From Chloroflexota bacterium (GTDB taxonomy: Bacteria > Chloroflexota > JAHJIN01), in NCBI GenBank assembly GCA_018823415.1, contig JAHJIN010000418.1, forward strand, positions 1 to 32,000: DNA of 32,000 bases. The letters are read 5' to 3'. Of this stretch, positions 1 to 7,943 are shown in pieces. The position numbers and the translations under genes were made by a program. The notes under the pieces were generated by a model. The model had not been told where the DNA came from. It saw nothing but the letters and a program-made list of their open reading frames with translations, and searched no databases. Position 1 is the first letter of the stretch; each line of letters starts with the position of its first letter.

Positions 1-5
1 CACCA

Positions 6-81
6 GCGGGTGTAACTCAGTTGGCAGAGTGTCTGCTTCCCAAGCAGAATGTCACGGGTTCGAGCCCCGTCACCCGCTCCA
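6..81 (+). tRNA. tRNA-Gly (anticodon CCC), CCA encoded
   Basis: Manual cloverleaf: acceptor GCGGGTG/CACCCGC, D stem ACTC/GAGT, anticodon stem TCTGC/GCAGA with loop TTCCCAA (CCC), T arm ACGGG-TTCGAGC-CCCGT, discriminator T78, CCA at 79-81. Confidence 0.9.
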
Positions 82-94
82 GATGACCAGTCGT

Positions 95-128
95 GCCCCG
101 GCTTGAAGTATCCAGCCGGGGCCATTTT
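95..128 (+). terminator. Hairpin plus T-run downstream of tRNA-Gly
   Basis: GCCCCGGC (95-102) pairs with GCCGGGGC (115-122), 12-nt loop, followed by CATTTTG. Confidence 0.55.
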
Positions 129-147
129 GCGCCCATCGGAGGAACCA

Positions 148-1626
148 ATGCCCAGTATCACTATCGTGGGGCTGGGGCCTGGCGACCCTGGCGCCCTCAC
201 TCAGGCCGCCCTGGATGTGCTCGCCGCTGCCTCAGAGCTCTACCTGCGCACCCGCCGTCACCCCACCGTCGCTGCATTGCCAGCCCACCTGACTTTGCAC
301 GACCTGGACGCGATCTACGAGTGCGAGCTCGATTTTGGCTCTGTTTATGCGGCCATGGCCCGCGACATCGTGCAACTGGGCGCGCGGCCCGAAGGCGTGA
401 TCTATGCGGTACCGGGTCATCCCCTCATCGGCGAAGAGTCGGTGCGGCGTATCCTGGTCGCCGCGCGCGAGCACACCATCCCAGTTCGCATCGTCGAGGG
501 CCTGAGCTTTGTAGATGCCGTATGCACCACGTTGGGATTGGACCCGCTGGACCGGGGCTTGCAACTGACCGACGCCACGCTTCTCGCGGCTCGCGAGGGG
601 CCGTTTGTCCCACCCCTGACGTTGGACCCTGGCACCCCGCTGCTGATCGCGCAACTATACAACCGCACCCTGGCCTCGGCCGTCAAGCTCGTGCTGATGG
701 AATTGTATCCAGACGATCACGCGGTTACCCTGGTCCAGGCGGCCGGCACTGTCCACCAGCGCGTGCATACCGCTCCGCTGTACGAACTCGACCATGATAG
801 CAGCGTCGAACATCTGGCGACTCTCTATGTGCCGCCCGTGCCGCCGCTGACCGACCTGCGGGCGTTTTCCGAGCTGCAAGGCATCGTTGCCCGGCTCCGT
901 GCACCCGACGGCTGCCCCTGGGACCGGCAGCAAACACATCAGACCCTGGCCCCGCATCTGCTCGAAGAAACCTACGAAACCCTGGCGGCCCTGGATACTG
1001 ACGACCCGGACAAGCTGTGCGAGGAACTGGGCGATCTGCTCTTGCAAATCCTGCTCCACGCCCAGATCGCCAACGAGGTCGGCGAGTTTACTTGGCCGGA
1101 TGTGGTGGCCGGCATCGCCGCCAAGCTGGTGCGCCGGCACCCGCACGTCTTTGGCCAGGTTGCCGTGCAGGGCGCTGATGAGGTTCTGGTCAACTGGGAA
1201 GCCATCAAGCGCCGCGAGCGGGCCGAGCAGGAGAGCCACGCCTCCATGCTGGACGGCGTTCCCCCCGCCATGCCGGCCCTGGCCTATGCGCAGACCATCC
1301 AGCGCCGGGTCGCGCGGGTGGGATTCGATTGGCCGGACATCACTGGGGCATGGGACAAGCTGGCAGAGGAACTGCGGGAACTGCGCACTGCCTCCGTGGC
1401 CGAGCGCGCGCACGAACTGGGAGATGTACTGTTCGCCGTGGTGAACCTGGCTCGCTGGCTGGACGTGGAGGCGGAAGACGCGTTGCGCCAGGCGAATACC
1501 CGGTTCCGCCAGCGGTTCGCGTACATCGAGCATACCTGTGCCGAGCAGGACGTACTCCCGGAGGATCTGTCGCTGGAGGAGTTGGACGCCATCTGGGAAC
1601 AGTCCAAACGGCGCGCCCCGGTCTGA
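148..1626 (+). CDS. mazG: Tetrapyrrole-methylase-like domain fused to MazG nucleoside triphosphate pyrophosphohydrolase (YabN-type)
   Basis: The N-terminus ITIVGLGPGDPGALT matches the methylase-fold signature. The C-terminal half has two MazG repeats (LLEETYETLAAL...ELGDLLLQILLHAQI and ELGDVLFAVVNLARWL). Start moved to ATG148 (GGAGGA RBS at 139-144) because the track start at 49 overlaps the tRNA. Confidence 0.85.
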   Translation: MPSITIVGLGPGDPGALTQAALDVLAAASELYLRTRRHPTVAALPAHLTLHDLDAIYECELDFGSVYAAMARDIVQLGARPEGVIYAVPGHPLIGEESVRRILVAAREHTIPVRIVEGLSFVDAVCTTLGLDPLDRGLQLTDATLLAAREGPFVPPLTLDPGTPLLIAQLYNRTLASAVKLVLMELYPDDHAVTLVQAAGTVHQRVHTAPLYELDHDSSVEHLATLYVPPVPPLTDLRAFSELQGIVARLRAPDGCPWDRQQTHQTLAPHLLEETYETLAALDTDDPDKLCEELGDLLLQILLHAQIANEVGEFTWPDVVAGIAAKLVRRHPHVFGQVAVQGADEVLVNWEAIKRRERAEQESHASMLDGVPPAMPALAYAQTIQRRVARVGFDWPDITGAWDKLAEELRELRTASVAERAHELGDVLFAVVNLARWLDVEAEDALRQANTRFRQRFAYIEHTCAEQDVLPEDLSLEELDAIWEQSKRRAPV

Positions 1627-1644
1627 GCCTCTTCATGGGCATAA

Positions 1645-1677
1645 CCAAAGGCCACGAGATTTCCTCGTGGCCTTTGG
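1645..1677. terminator. Bidirectional stem-loop between convergent mazG and ferredoxin genes
   Basis: Perfect 14-bp stem CCAAAGGCCACGAG/CTCGTGGCCTTTGG with loop ATTTC, followed by TATTTG on the + strand. Confidence 0.7.
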
Positions 1678-1704
1678 TATTTGAGTCGTGATATGTCTTG
1701 CTTG

Positions 1705-1875
1705 TTAGACCTGGATGATCGCCTCGTTGGGGCAAGCGTCAGCGCAAGTGCCGCAATCGGTGCACTTGGCCGGGTCGATCACGTAAATGGGATCGCCCTC
1801 GCTGATGGCTTCCTCTGGACACTCGTCAAGACAGATGCCACAGGCCAGACACTCGTCGGTAATCTTGTGGGGCAC
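1705..1875 (-). CDS. 2x[4Fe-4S] ferredoxin, 56 aa, GTG start (not in the ORF track)
   Basis: Manual translation of the minus strand gives VPHKITDECLACGICLDECPEEAISEGDPIYVIDPAKCTDCGTCADACPNEAIIQV*. It has two CxxCxxCxxxCP motifs, a GGAGG RBS 8 nt upstream of the GTG, and a TAA stop at 1705-1707. Confidence 0.82.
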   Translation of the reverse strand: MPHKITDECLACGICLDECPEEAISEGDPIYVIDPAKCTDCGTCADACPNEAIIQV

Positions 1876-1943
1876 GATTCAATACCTCCTACTGATGTGA
1901 TAATGTGATAACCGATGATCGGGTGATCATGGGTAAAGGTTGG

Positions 1944-2020
1944 TGGTCGGGGCGGGCGGACTCGAACCGCCGACCTCAGCGTCCCGAACGCTGCGCGCTA
2001 ACCGACTGCGCTACGCCCCG
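1944..2020 (-). tRNA. tRNA-Pro (anticodon CGG), CCA encoded
   Basis: The reverse complement folds as acceptor CGGGGCG/CGCCCCG, D stem GCGC/GCGC, anticodon stem CAGCG/CGCTG with loop TTCGGGA (CGG), T arm GGCGG-TTCGAGT-CCGCC and discriminator A. It is followed by CCACCA. Confidence 0.9.
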
Positions 2021-2033
2021 TGCGGCGGGGCCT

Positions 2034-2062
2034 ATTATAACCCAAAGCCCAAGTTTTTACAA
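2034..2062 (-). promoter_or_regulatory. Sigma-70-type promoter for tRNA-Pro (and probably the ferredoxin gene)
   Basis: The minus strand reads TTGTAA-N17-TATAAT. The -10 ends 13 nt before the mature tRNA 5' end. Confidence 0.65.
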
Positions 2063-2083
2063 GGGTCTTTTTACCCCGGCCTA

Positions 2084-2112
2084 TTGACGCCGCGCGCGTT
2101 CGCCGGTATGAT
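2084..2112 (+). promoter_or_regulatory. Sigma-70-type promoter for the 2206..3159 gene
   Basis: TTGACG (2084-2089) - N17 - TATGAT (2107-2112). Confidence 0.6.
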
Positions 2113-2205
2113 GCAGGCAAGAAGGAAGGTGGGGGATGGTCAAATCGTAGGGCAAATTGCCACGCAAAGCGTGCCCTACTAGAAAGCTGATGAGGAGGAG
2201 GCAAG

Positions 2206-3159
2206 ATGAAGACCAAGATCGTGAACCTAGTGCTTGTGATAGCTCTGCTATCGACTTGGAGCGGGATCGTGTCCGGCGCTGCCCCAGCGCGGCCGGACCA
2301 CCCGGCCCAGCAAGCTATTATCATCGACCATACCTGCACGGATTTGAGCCAGGTACCCGCTAACTGGATCAATCAGGCCAAAGCCCTGCTCCGGCTCTCG
2401 TATGGTCACACCTCTCATGGCAGCCAGCCGGTCAGCGGCATGGGAGTGCTTATGGACAACACACCGGATGGCCTGTATGATTTCAATACCAATGGCGCGA
2501 TCCAGACCGGCGTGCTGTCACTCGCCGATTATACGCCCGACGGCGACCTGGGAAACCCGGATCGGACCACATGGGAGTCCCGAACTCGCAGCTACCTGGC
2601 GGGTTCGGGCAGCGATCGCAACGTGGTCATCTGGTCGTGGTGCGGGCAGGTCAGCGATGCCACGCAGACGAACATCAACACGTATCTCGCTCTGATGAGT
2701 GGCCTCGAGGCAGACTATCCCGATGTCACGTTCGTCTACATGACCGGGCACCTGGATGGGTCTGGCACGAGTGGCAACCTGAACGTGCGCAACAACCAGA
2801 TTCGCGACTATTGCCGGACCAATGGCAAGGTGCTCTTTGACTTTGCCGACATTGAGAGCTATGACCCGGACGGCAGCGAGTTCATGACCCGATATGCCCT
2901 GGACTCGTGCTTTTACGATGGCAACGACAATGGCAATCCGTGGGACGACAGCACCAATTGGGCCACCGAATGGTGCGACGCGCACCCGGGGAATTCCCTG
3001 TGTGAGTGGTGCGATTGTCAACATTCCGAACCATTGAACTGCAACCGCAAGGCCCGGGCCTTCTGGTGGATGCTGGCCCGGCTGGCCGGGTGGCCTGGTC
3101 CCTCGGCGACGTATGATCACTATTTGTATCTGCCGCTGGTCGTGCGCCGGCCCAGTTAG
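2206..3159 (+). CDS. Secreted protein of unknown function, Cys-rich C-terminal region, YLYLPLVVR tail
   Basis: GAGGAGGAGG RBS. Signal peptide [27 protein letters not shown]. Good GC3 coding bias. Eight Cys in the last ~90 aa. No family recognised by eye. Confidence 0.7.
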   Translation: MKTKIVNLVLVIALLSTWSGIVSGAAPARPDHPAQQAIIIDHTCTDLSQVPANWINQAKALLRLSYGHTSHGSQPVSGMGVLMDNTPDGLYDFNTNGAIQTGVLSLADYTPDGDLGNPDRTTWESRTRSYLAGSGSDRNVVIWSWCGQVSDATQTNINTYLALMSGLEADYPDVTFVYMTGHLDGSGTSGNLNVRNNQIRDYCRTNGKVLFDFADIESYDPDGSEFMTRYALDSCFYDGNDNGNPWDDSTNWATEWCDAHPGNSLCEWCDCQHSEPLNCNRKARAFWWMLARLAGWPGPSATYDHYLYLPLVVRRPS

Positions 3160-3845
3160 GCGCGCGTGAGGTGCCGAATCCCCTGTTCGCCCGCTGCGAT
3201 CACGTCCGTAGCCAGCCCCAGGAACAAGCCGTGCCCCACGATCCCGGCGCGGCCGTCTAGCTGCGTGGCCAGCCGGATCGGGTCGGCGATGGGGCCAAAA
3301 TGACAGTCCAGGATGAGGTTGCCCTGGTCCGTGCGAAAAGGTGTGCCATTGTTGACCTTGCGCAGCACCGGCCGAGCGCCCAGGGTTTCCAGATAGGCCA
3401 CCTGGGCACGCCAGCCAAATGTCACCACCTCCACCGGCACCGGCCAGTGCGTGCCCAGGACCGGCACCAGCTTGGATTCGTCCACCACGATGACCTCGCG
3501 GCGGCTGGCCTGAGCCACGATCTTTTCGCGCAGCAGCGCCCCGCCCCGACCTTTGATGAGATTCAGATGCGGATCGACCTCGTCGGCCCCGTCGATCGTG
3601 ATGTCAATGGCTCGACAATCATCGAGTTGGATCAGGGGAATGCCCAGCTCACGCGCCTCTTCTTCTACGTGCACAGAGCATGGCACGCCGCGTATGTCAA
3701 GCAAGCGACCATCGTGGAGCAGGCGAGCCAGGTGGCGCAGCACATACATGGCCGTGCTGCCGTGGCCCAGGCCCACTACCATGCCCGACTCTACCAGGGC
3801 GGCGGCCCGCTCGGCGGCTTGTTGCTTGAGTGTCTGGGCGTTCAT
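3156..3845 (-). CDS. rpiA: Ribose-5-phosphate isomerase A
   Basis: Motifs [16 protein letters not shown] and [11 protein letters not shown]. Start chosen at MNAQTLKQ (ATG 3845), which forms an ATGA overlap with the pgi stop. Confidence 0.9.
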   Translation of the reverse strand: MNAQTLKQQAAERAAALVESGMVVGLGHGSTAMYVLRHLARLLHDGRLLDIRGVPCSVHVEEEARELGIPLIQLDDCRAIDITIDGADEVDPHLNLIKGRGGALLREKIVAQASRREVIVVDESKLVPVLGTHWPVPVEVVTFGWRAQVAYLETLGARPVLRKVNNGTPFRTDQGNLILDCHFGPIADPIRLATQLDGRAGIVGHGLFLGLATDVIAAGEQGIRHLTRA

Positions 3846-5536
3846 GACAGCGCCTCCGTCAATCGATGCAGCGCGCCCGGCGCATCGGCCCCCAGGTGAA
3901 AGCAAATCACGCGCCGGCCAGCGTCTTGGAGCGCCTGCCGGTCGCCGGCGGCCTGCGCGGCCTCCAGCACGCCAAAGGTGATGGCGGATTCCGGCGAGCC
4001 GGCGGTGGTGGGGATGGGCGCGTCGCGTGGGGCGTCGGCGGTGAACTGGACAAAGAAGCCAAGGCCGGCGTCGCCTTTGTGCAGTTGACCGGTCGAATGC
4101 AAAAAGCGCGGCCCATAGCCCACGGTGGTCGCCAGCTTGTAGTCGTCGCGCAGCCGGGTGCGCAGCGCGAGCAGCGCGGCATCCGTCTCGGGGGTGGGCT
4201 GGACATAGGCTTGTAGCGCGATGTAGCCCCGCTCCGCGTCGGTCGCGGGGGCACCAGTCCGGGCCGGGGCCAGGAACTCGCGCAGCGCGGCGCCCGTGAG
4301 TGGGGCGGCCTCGCCCGGCGGCAGCGCGCCGGTCTGCTCGTATGCCGCCACCATGTTGCGGGCGCGGACTTTGGCGCTTTCGACGTTGGGCTGGTCAAAG
4401 GGATTGACCCCTAGGCGCTGGCCGGCCACGGCCGTGGCCATGCCCCACAAAAAGAACTGACCGCCCAGGTCGTAGGTATCGTGCAAGGCCAGGCGCACCA
4501 CCGGGTACCCGGCCTCGACGAGGGCCTGGATCGCCGCACTGTGCGCCGCATCATGCGCCGCGTCGCCGTCCAGCCGCAGGTGGACAAAGAGCCGGTCGTC
4601 GCCATAGACCACTGGCGGTCCCAGCGGCTCGCCCACCACCGGCACGATACCGGTGCCTTGCTTGCCGGTGCTTTCGGCGACGAGTTGTTCCACCCAGTCG
4701 CCAAAACTGGCGATGGCCGGCGAGGCCACCAGGGTCATCTTGTTACGACCGGCCCGGGCCAGCTCGCCCAGGATGAGGCCCAATTGCGCCCCGGGGTTGT
4801 CTGCCAGAGGCACATCTGGCCCGCAGGCGGCCATCATCCCCTGAGCGCGATTCAGCAGACGGCGCACGTCCAGCCCCAGCAGCGCCGCCGGCGCCAGCCC
4901 AAAATACGAGAGCACAGAAAAGCGGCCGCCGACGTTGGGGTCGTTGAGCAATGTATCGCGAAAGCCAAGCTGTTCGGCCAGGTCGGCCAGTTTGCTGCCC
5001 GGGTCGGTGGTGGCGATGAAATGCGCTCCGGCCTGGTCAGCACCCAGGGCCTGGACCGTCCAGTTGTAAAAGAACTTGAAGAAGGACAGCGTTTCCACCG
5101 TGGTGCCCGACTTGGTCGAGACGATGAACAGGGTGCGGGCCGGGTCCAGCCGGTCGGCATAGGCCAGCACCGCGCCGGGGTCGGTGCTATCCAGTACGGC
5201 CAACCGGGGATGGCCCGGTTGCGCGCCAAACACGATGCTGAACACCTCGGGTGCCAGGCTGGAACCACCCATGCCCAGGAGTAGCACGTCCGTATAGCCG
5301 GCGGCGCGCACCGCCTGGAACAACGCGTCCAGCCGGGGCACATGCGCGGTCATGTTCTCGGCGGCGTGCAGCCAACCCAGCCGGTTGGCGATCTGGGCCG
5401 GGTCCGGGTGCCACACCGTGTGGTCGTGGCTCCAGATGCGGGGCACGATACGCCGGTCAGTCAGGTCACGCTGGGCGACGTCTAGCGCAGACTGATAGGG
5501 GCCAAGATGAGCCGTCAGATAAAGCGGTGTGGACAT
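3842..5536 (-). CDS. pgi: Glucose-6-phosphate isomerase (of the type found fused to transaldolase in some bacteria)
   Basis: SIS/PGI motifs [14 protein letters not shown] and [13 protein letters not shown]. Start moved to MSTPLYL (ATG 5536), which has a GGGGAGG RBS. The upstream extension to 5770 has no support. Confidence 0.85.
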   Translation of the reverse strand: MSTPLYLTAHLGPYQSALDVAQRDLTDRRIVPRIWSHDHTVWHPDPAQIANRLGWLHAAENMTAHVPRLDALFQAVRAAGYTDVLLLGMGGSSLAPEVFSIVFGAQPGHPRLAVLDSTDPGAVLAYADRLDPARTLFIVSTKSGTTVETLSFFKFFYNWTVQALGADQAGAHFIATTDPGSKLADLAEQLGFRDTLLNDPNVGGRFSVLSYFGLAPAALLGLDVRRLLNRAQGMMAACGPDVPLADNPGAQLGLILGELARAGRNKMTLVASPAIASFGDWVEQLVAESTGKQGTGIVPVVGEPLGPPVVYGDDRLFVHLRLDGDAAHDAAHSAAIQALVEAGYPVVRLALHDTYDLGGQFFLWGMATAVAGQRLGVNPFDQPNVESAKVRARNMVAAYEQTGALPPGEAAPLTGAALREFLAPARTGAPATDAERGYIALQAYVQPTPETDAALLALRTRLRDDYKLATTVGYGPRFLHSTGQLHKGDAGLGFFVQFTADAPRDAPIPTTAGSPESAITFGVLEAAQAAGDRQALQDAGRRVICFHLGADAPGALHRLTEALS

Positions 5537-5579
5537 GGTCAAAACCTCCCCTGGCAACGGGCTGATGAGCGCCGGATGT

Positions 5580-5608
5580 ATTATACCTGATCCGCCACGT
5601 CCGTACAA
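5580..5608 (-). promoter_or_regulatory. Sigma-70-type promoter for pgi-rpiA
   Basis: The minus strand reads TTGTAC-N17-TATAAT, about 44 nt upstream of the pgi ATG. Confidence 0.6.
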
Positions 5609-5621
5609 TACGATGTTTGCG

Positions 5622-5660
5622 CGTAGGGGAATCGTAGGGTAGTCGTAGGTTTGGTGTAGG
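5622..5660 (+). repeat. Four direct [C/T]GTAGG repeats at exact 11-bp spacing
   Basis: CGTAGG at 5622, 5633 and 5644, and TGTAGG at 5655. The array lies immediately upstream of the pgi -35. Confidence 0.7.
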
Positions 5661-5747
5661 GCAAGCGCCCAGCACTCGACCAGCGGTTTGTGCCCCGGTA
5701 CGGTATGATATGCGTGCAGTGAACAACTGCTCCTCTCCTCCTTTGCA

Positions 5748-5783
5748 AGAGAGCACGGACGAGCCGGCACTCGTCCGTGCTCT
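5748..5783. other. Perfect 15-bp inverted repeat (stem-loop or operator) in the divergent intergenic region
   Basis: GAGAGCACGGACGAG - CCGGCA - CTCGTCCGTGCTCTC. Confidence 0.6.
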
Positions 5784-5825
5784 CATTGGTTAAGCCCGCT
5801 CTAGCCCCGGGCGAGGAAAATGGGC

Positions 5826-5854
5826 TTGACAACCCCTACCGGCTATGGTAAGAT
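5826..5854 (+). promoter_or_regulatory. Sigma-70-type promoter (extended -10) for fhs
   Basis: TTGACA (5826-5831) - N17 - TAAGAT (5849-5854), preceded by TGG (TGn). Confidence 0.65.
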
Positions 5855-6003
5855 TTGCCCGTGGTAGGCGATTCTTTGTGAAAAAGCGCACAATTGCAAA
5901 CCCTTCTCCATCTTGTCCCCCACATGTCTATACTGGCATAGCCTGTTTACAAGGATGTAACAACCTGGCCCATAGTAATCACAATACAAGGAGGTAGTCG
6001 ATC

Positions 6004-7764
6004 ATGCCAGCAGTACCCAGCGATATCGAAATCGCACAGGCAGCAACACTCAAACCCATCATTCAGGTGGCCCAGGCATTGGGATTGACCGAGGACGATC
6101 TGGATTATTTTGGCAAATGGAAGGCCAAAGTACATCTAGACGTCCTCGATCAGTTAAAGAGCCGCCCCAATGCCAAGTACATCGACGTGACAGCTATCAC
6201 GCCCACTCCCCTGGGGGAGGGCAAGACCGTTACCACCATTGGCCTTTCACAGGGCCTGGGTTACATCGGCAAGAACGTCTTTACCTGCATCCGCCAGCCG
6301 TCCATGGGACCCACCTTCGGCATCAAGGGCGGCGCCGCCGGCGGCGGCTATGCCCAAGTGGTGCCGATGGAGGACTTTAACCTGCATCTCACCGGTGACA
6401 TCCACGCCGTGGGCATCGCTCACAACCTGCTGGCAGCCGCCATCGACGCCCGCATCATGTTCGAGGATCGATACTCCGACCAGCGGCTACAGAAGGTTGC
6501 CCCAGAGATCCGTCGCCTGAACATCGATCCCTACGGGATCATGTGGAATCGCGTGGTGGACGTGAACGACTCGGCTGTCCGCAACGTCATTATCGGCCTG
6601 GGCACCAAGAACGACGGTCGCCCGCGCCAGACCGGCTATGACATCACCGTGGCATCCGAGATCATGGCCATCCTGGCCCTCACCGACGGCTACAAGGGCC
6701 TGCGTGACCTGCGCGAGCGCCTGGGCCGCATCGTCTGGGGCACCGACAAGAGCGGCAACCCCCTCACCGCCGAGGATCTGAAGGTGGCCGGGGCCATGAC
6801 CGTCCTGATGCGGGATGCGCTCATGCCCAACCTGATGCAGACCCTGGCCGGCACCCCGGCCTTTGTCCACGCCGGCCCCTTTGCCAACATCGCCCAGGGC
6901 AACTCATCTATCATCGCCGACCAGATCGCCCTCAAGCTGGCGGATTACGTGGTTACGGAGAGCGGCTTTGGTGCCGACTGTGGCATGGAAAAGTTTATGG
7001 ACATCAAGTGCCGCGCCAGTGGCCTCAAGCCAAACTGTGTGGTCCTGGTAGCCACCGTCCGCGCGCTCAAGATGCACGGCGGCGGCCCCAACGTGGCCCC
7101 AGGCAAGCCCCTGGACAAAGCCTATACCGAAGAAAACCTCGAGCTGCTCAAGGCCGGCCTGCCCAACCTGGTCCAGCACATCGAAAACGCCCGCAAGTTT
7201 GGCGTGCCGGTGGTGGTGGCCGTGAATCGCTTTACCTCGGACACCGAAGCCGAGATCGAGTTGATCCGCAAGGCCGCAATCAAGGCCGGGGCCGAGGACG
7301 CCGTGATGAGCGATGTCTGGGCCAATGGCGGCGCCGGCGGGGCCGATCTGGCTCGCGCGGTGGTGGCGGCCTGCGAAAAGCCGTCCGATTTCCGGCTCTT
7401 GTATCCCGACGACATGTCCATCAAGGACAAGATCGAGACCATCGCGCGCGAGATCTATCGCGCCGACGGGGTGGAATATTCGCCCGAGGCCGAGGACAAG
7501 ATCAAACTCTTTACCAAGTATGGCTTTGACAAGCTGCCTCTGTGCATGGCCAAGACGCACCTGTCGTTCACCCACAACCCAATGCTCAAAGGCACACCCC
7601 GCGGCTGGACCCTGCCCATCCGCGACATTCGAGCCAGCGTGGGGGCCGGGTTCCTTTTCCCACTGTGCGGCACCATGCGCACCATGCCCGGCCTGCCCAG
7701 CCGCCCGGTTTTCGTGGACATCGACATCGATCTGGAAACCGGGAAGGTGAAAGGCCTCTCCTAG
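6004..7764 (+). CDS. fhs: Formate--tetrahydrofolate ligase
   Basis: AAGGAGG RBS. N-terminus [10 protein letters not shown], nucleotide loop [15 protein letters not shown], and a full-length (586 aa) FTHFS-like sequence. Confidence 0.97.
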   Translation: MPAVPSDIEIAQAATLKPIIQVAQALGLTEDDLDYFGKWKAKVHLDVLDQLKSRPNAKYIDVTAITPTPLGEGKTVTTIGLSQGLGYIGKNVFTCIRQPSMGPTFGIKGGAAGGGYAQVVPMEDFNLHLTGDIHAVGIAHNLLAAAIDARIMFEDRYSDQRLQKVAPEIRRLNIDPYGIMWNRVVDVNDSAVRNVIIGLGTKNDGRPRQTGYDITVASEIMAILALTDGYKGLRDLRERLGRIVWGTDKSGNPLTAEDLKVAGAMTVLMRDALMPNLMQTLAGTPAFVHAGPFANIAQGNSSIIADQIALKLADYVVTESGFGADCGMEKFMDIKCRASGLKPNCVVLVATVRALKMHGGGPNVAPGKPLDKAYTEENLELLKAGLPNLVQHIENARKFGVPVVVAVNRFTSDTEAEIELIRKAAIKAGAEDAVMSDVWANGGAGGADLARAVVAACEKPSDFRLLYPDDMSIKDKIETIAREIYRADGVEYSPEAEDKIKLFTKYGFDKLPLCMAKTHLSFTHNPMLKGTPRGWTLPIRDIRASVGAGFLFPLCGTMRTMPGLPSRPVFVDIDIDLETGKVKGLS

Positions 7765-7808
7765 CCAGGAGACTTCCCCAACACCACCCTTATGTGAGGA
7801 ATTGCGAG

Positions 7809-7846
7809 AACCGCAGGGGAGGGGCTTTTGGGCTTCCCCTGCGGTT
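7809..7846 (+). terminator. Stem-loop after fhs (weak U-tract, possibly a partial terminator)
   Basis: AACCGCAGGGGA (7809-7820) pairs with TCCCCTGCGGTT (7835-7846). Only TTT follows. Confidence 0.45.
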
Positions 7847-7869
7847 TCACAAGCAGATAACTACAAAAA

Positions 7870-7910
7870 GCTGGTTGCTGGAAGCTGGCTCTTGCCAGTT
7901 GGCAACCAGC
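7870..7910 (+). other. Second structured stem-loop 33 nt upstream of the HMA-like gene
   Basis: Outer stem GCTGGTTGC/GCAACCAGC (9 bp), inner stem CTGGC/GCCAG, loop TCTT. Confidence 0.5.
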
Positions 7911-7943
7911 ACCAAGTAACCATCAACTAGCAAGGAGGCACGA

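Noticed and set aside
49-147. N-terminal extension of the mazG-like ORF starting at 49.
   Set aside because: It overlaps tRNA-Gly and the terminator hairpin. An internal ATG at 148 with a GGAGGA RBS begins exactly at the conserved methylase-fold N-terminus.
1681-1908. 75-aa + strand ORF from the track.
   Set aside because: It is the shadow frame of the minus-strand ferredoxin gene, which has two textbook CxxCxxCxxxCP motifs and an RBS.
1941-1947. Genomically encoded ACCACCA after tRNA-Pro, and CACCA at 1-5 immediately before tRNA-Gly.
   Set aside because: Tandem CCA is reminiscent of the CCACCA degradation tag, but here it is most simply 3' trailer sequence. The 5-nt fragment at the window edge is too short to call as a tRNA end.
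1-2112. tRNA genes as possible integration sites for a genomic island or mobile element.
   Set aside because: No integrase, no direct repeat of a tRNA 3' end, and no compositional break was seen next to either tRNA.
5537-5770. 78-aa N-terminal extension of pgi, and the small ORFs 5466..5786 and 5581..5832.
   Set aside because: The extension runs through the predicted pgi promoter and the repeat array. MSTPLYL at 5536 has a strong RBS and matches the family N-terminus.
5855-6003. Possible ZTP (pfl) or THF riboswitch upstream of fhs.
   Set aside because: I could not find the conserved cores of either class by eye. It is kept only as a long-leader observation and needs a covariance-model scan.
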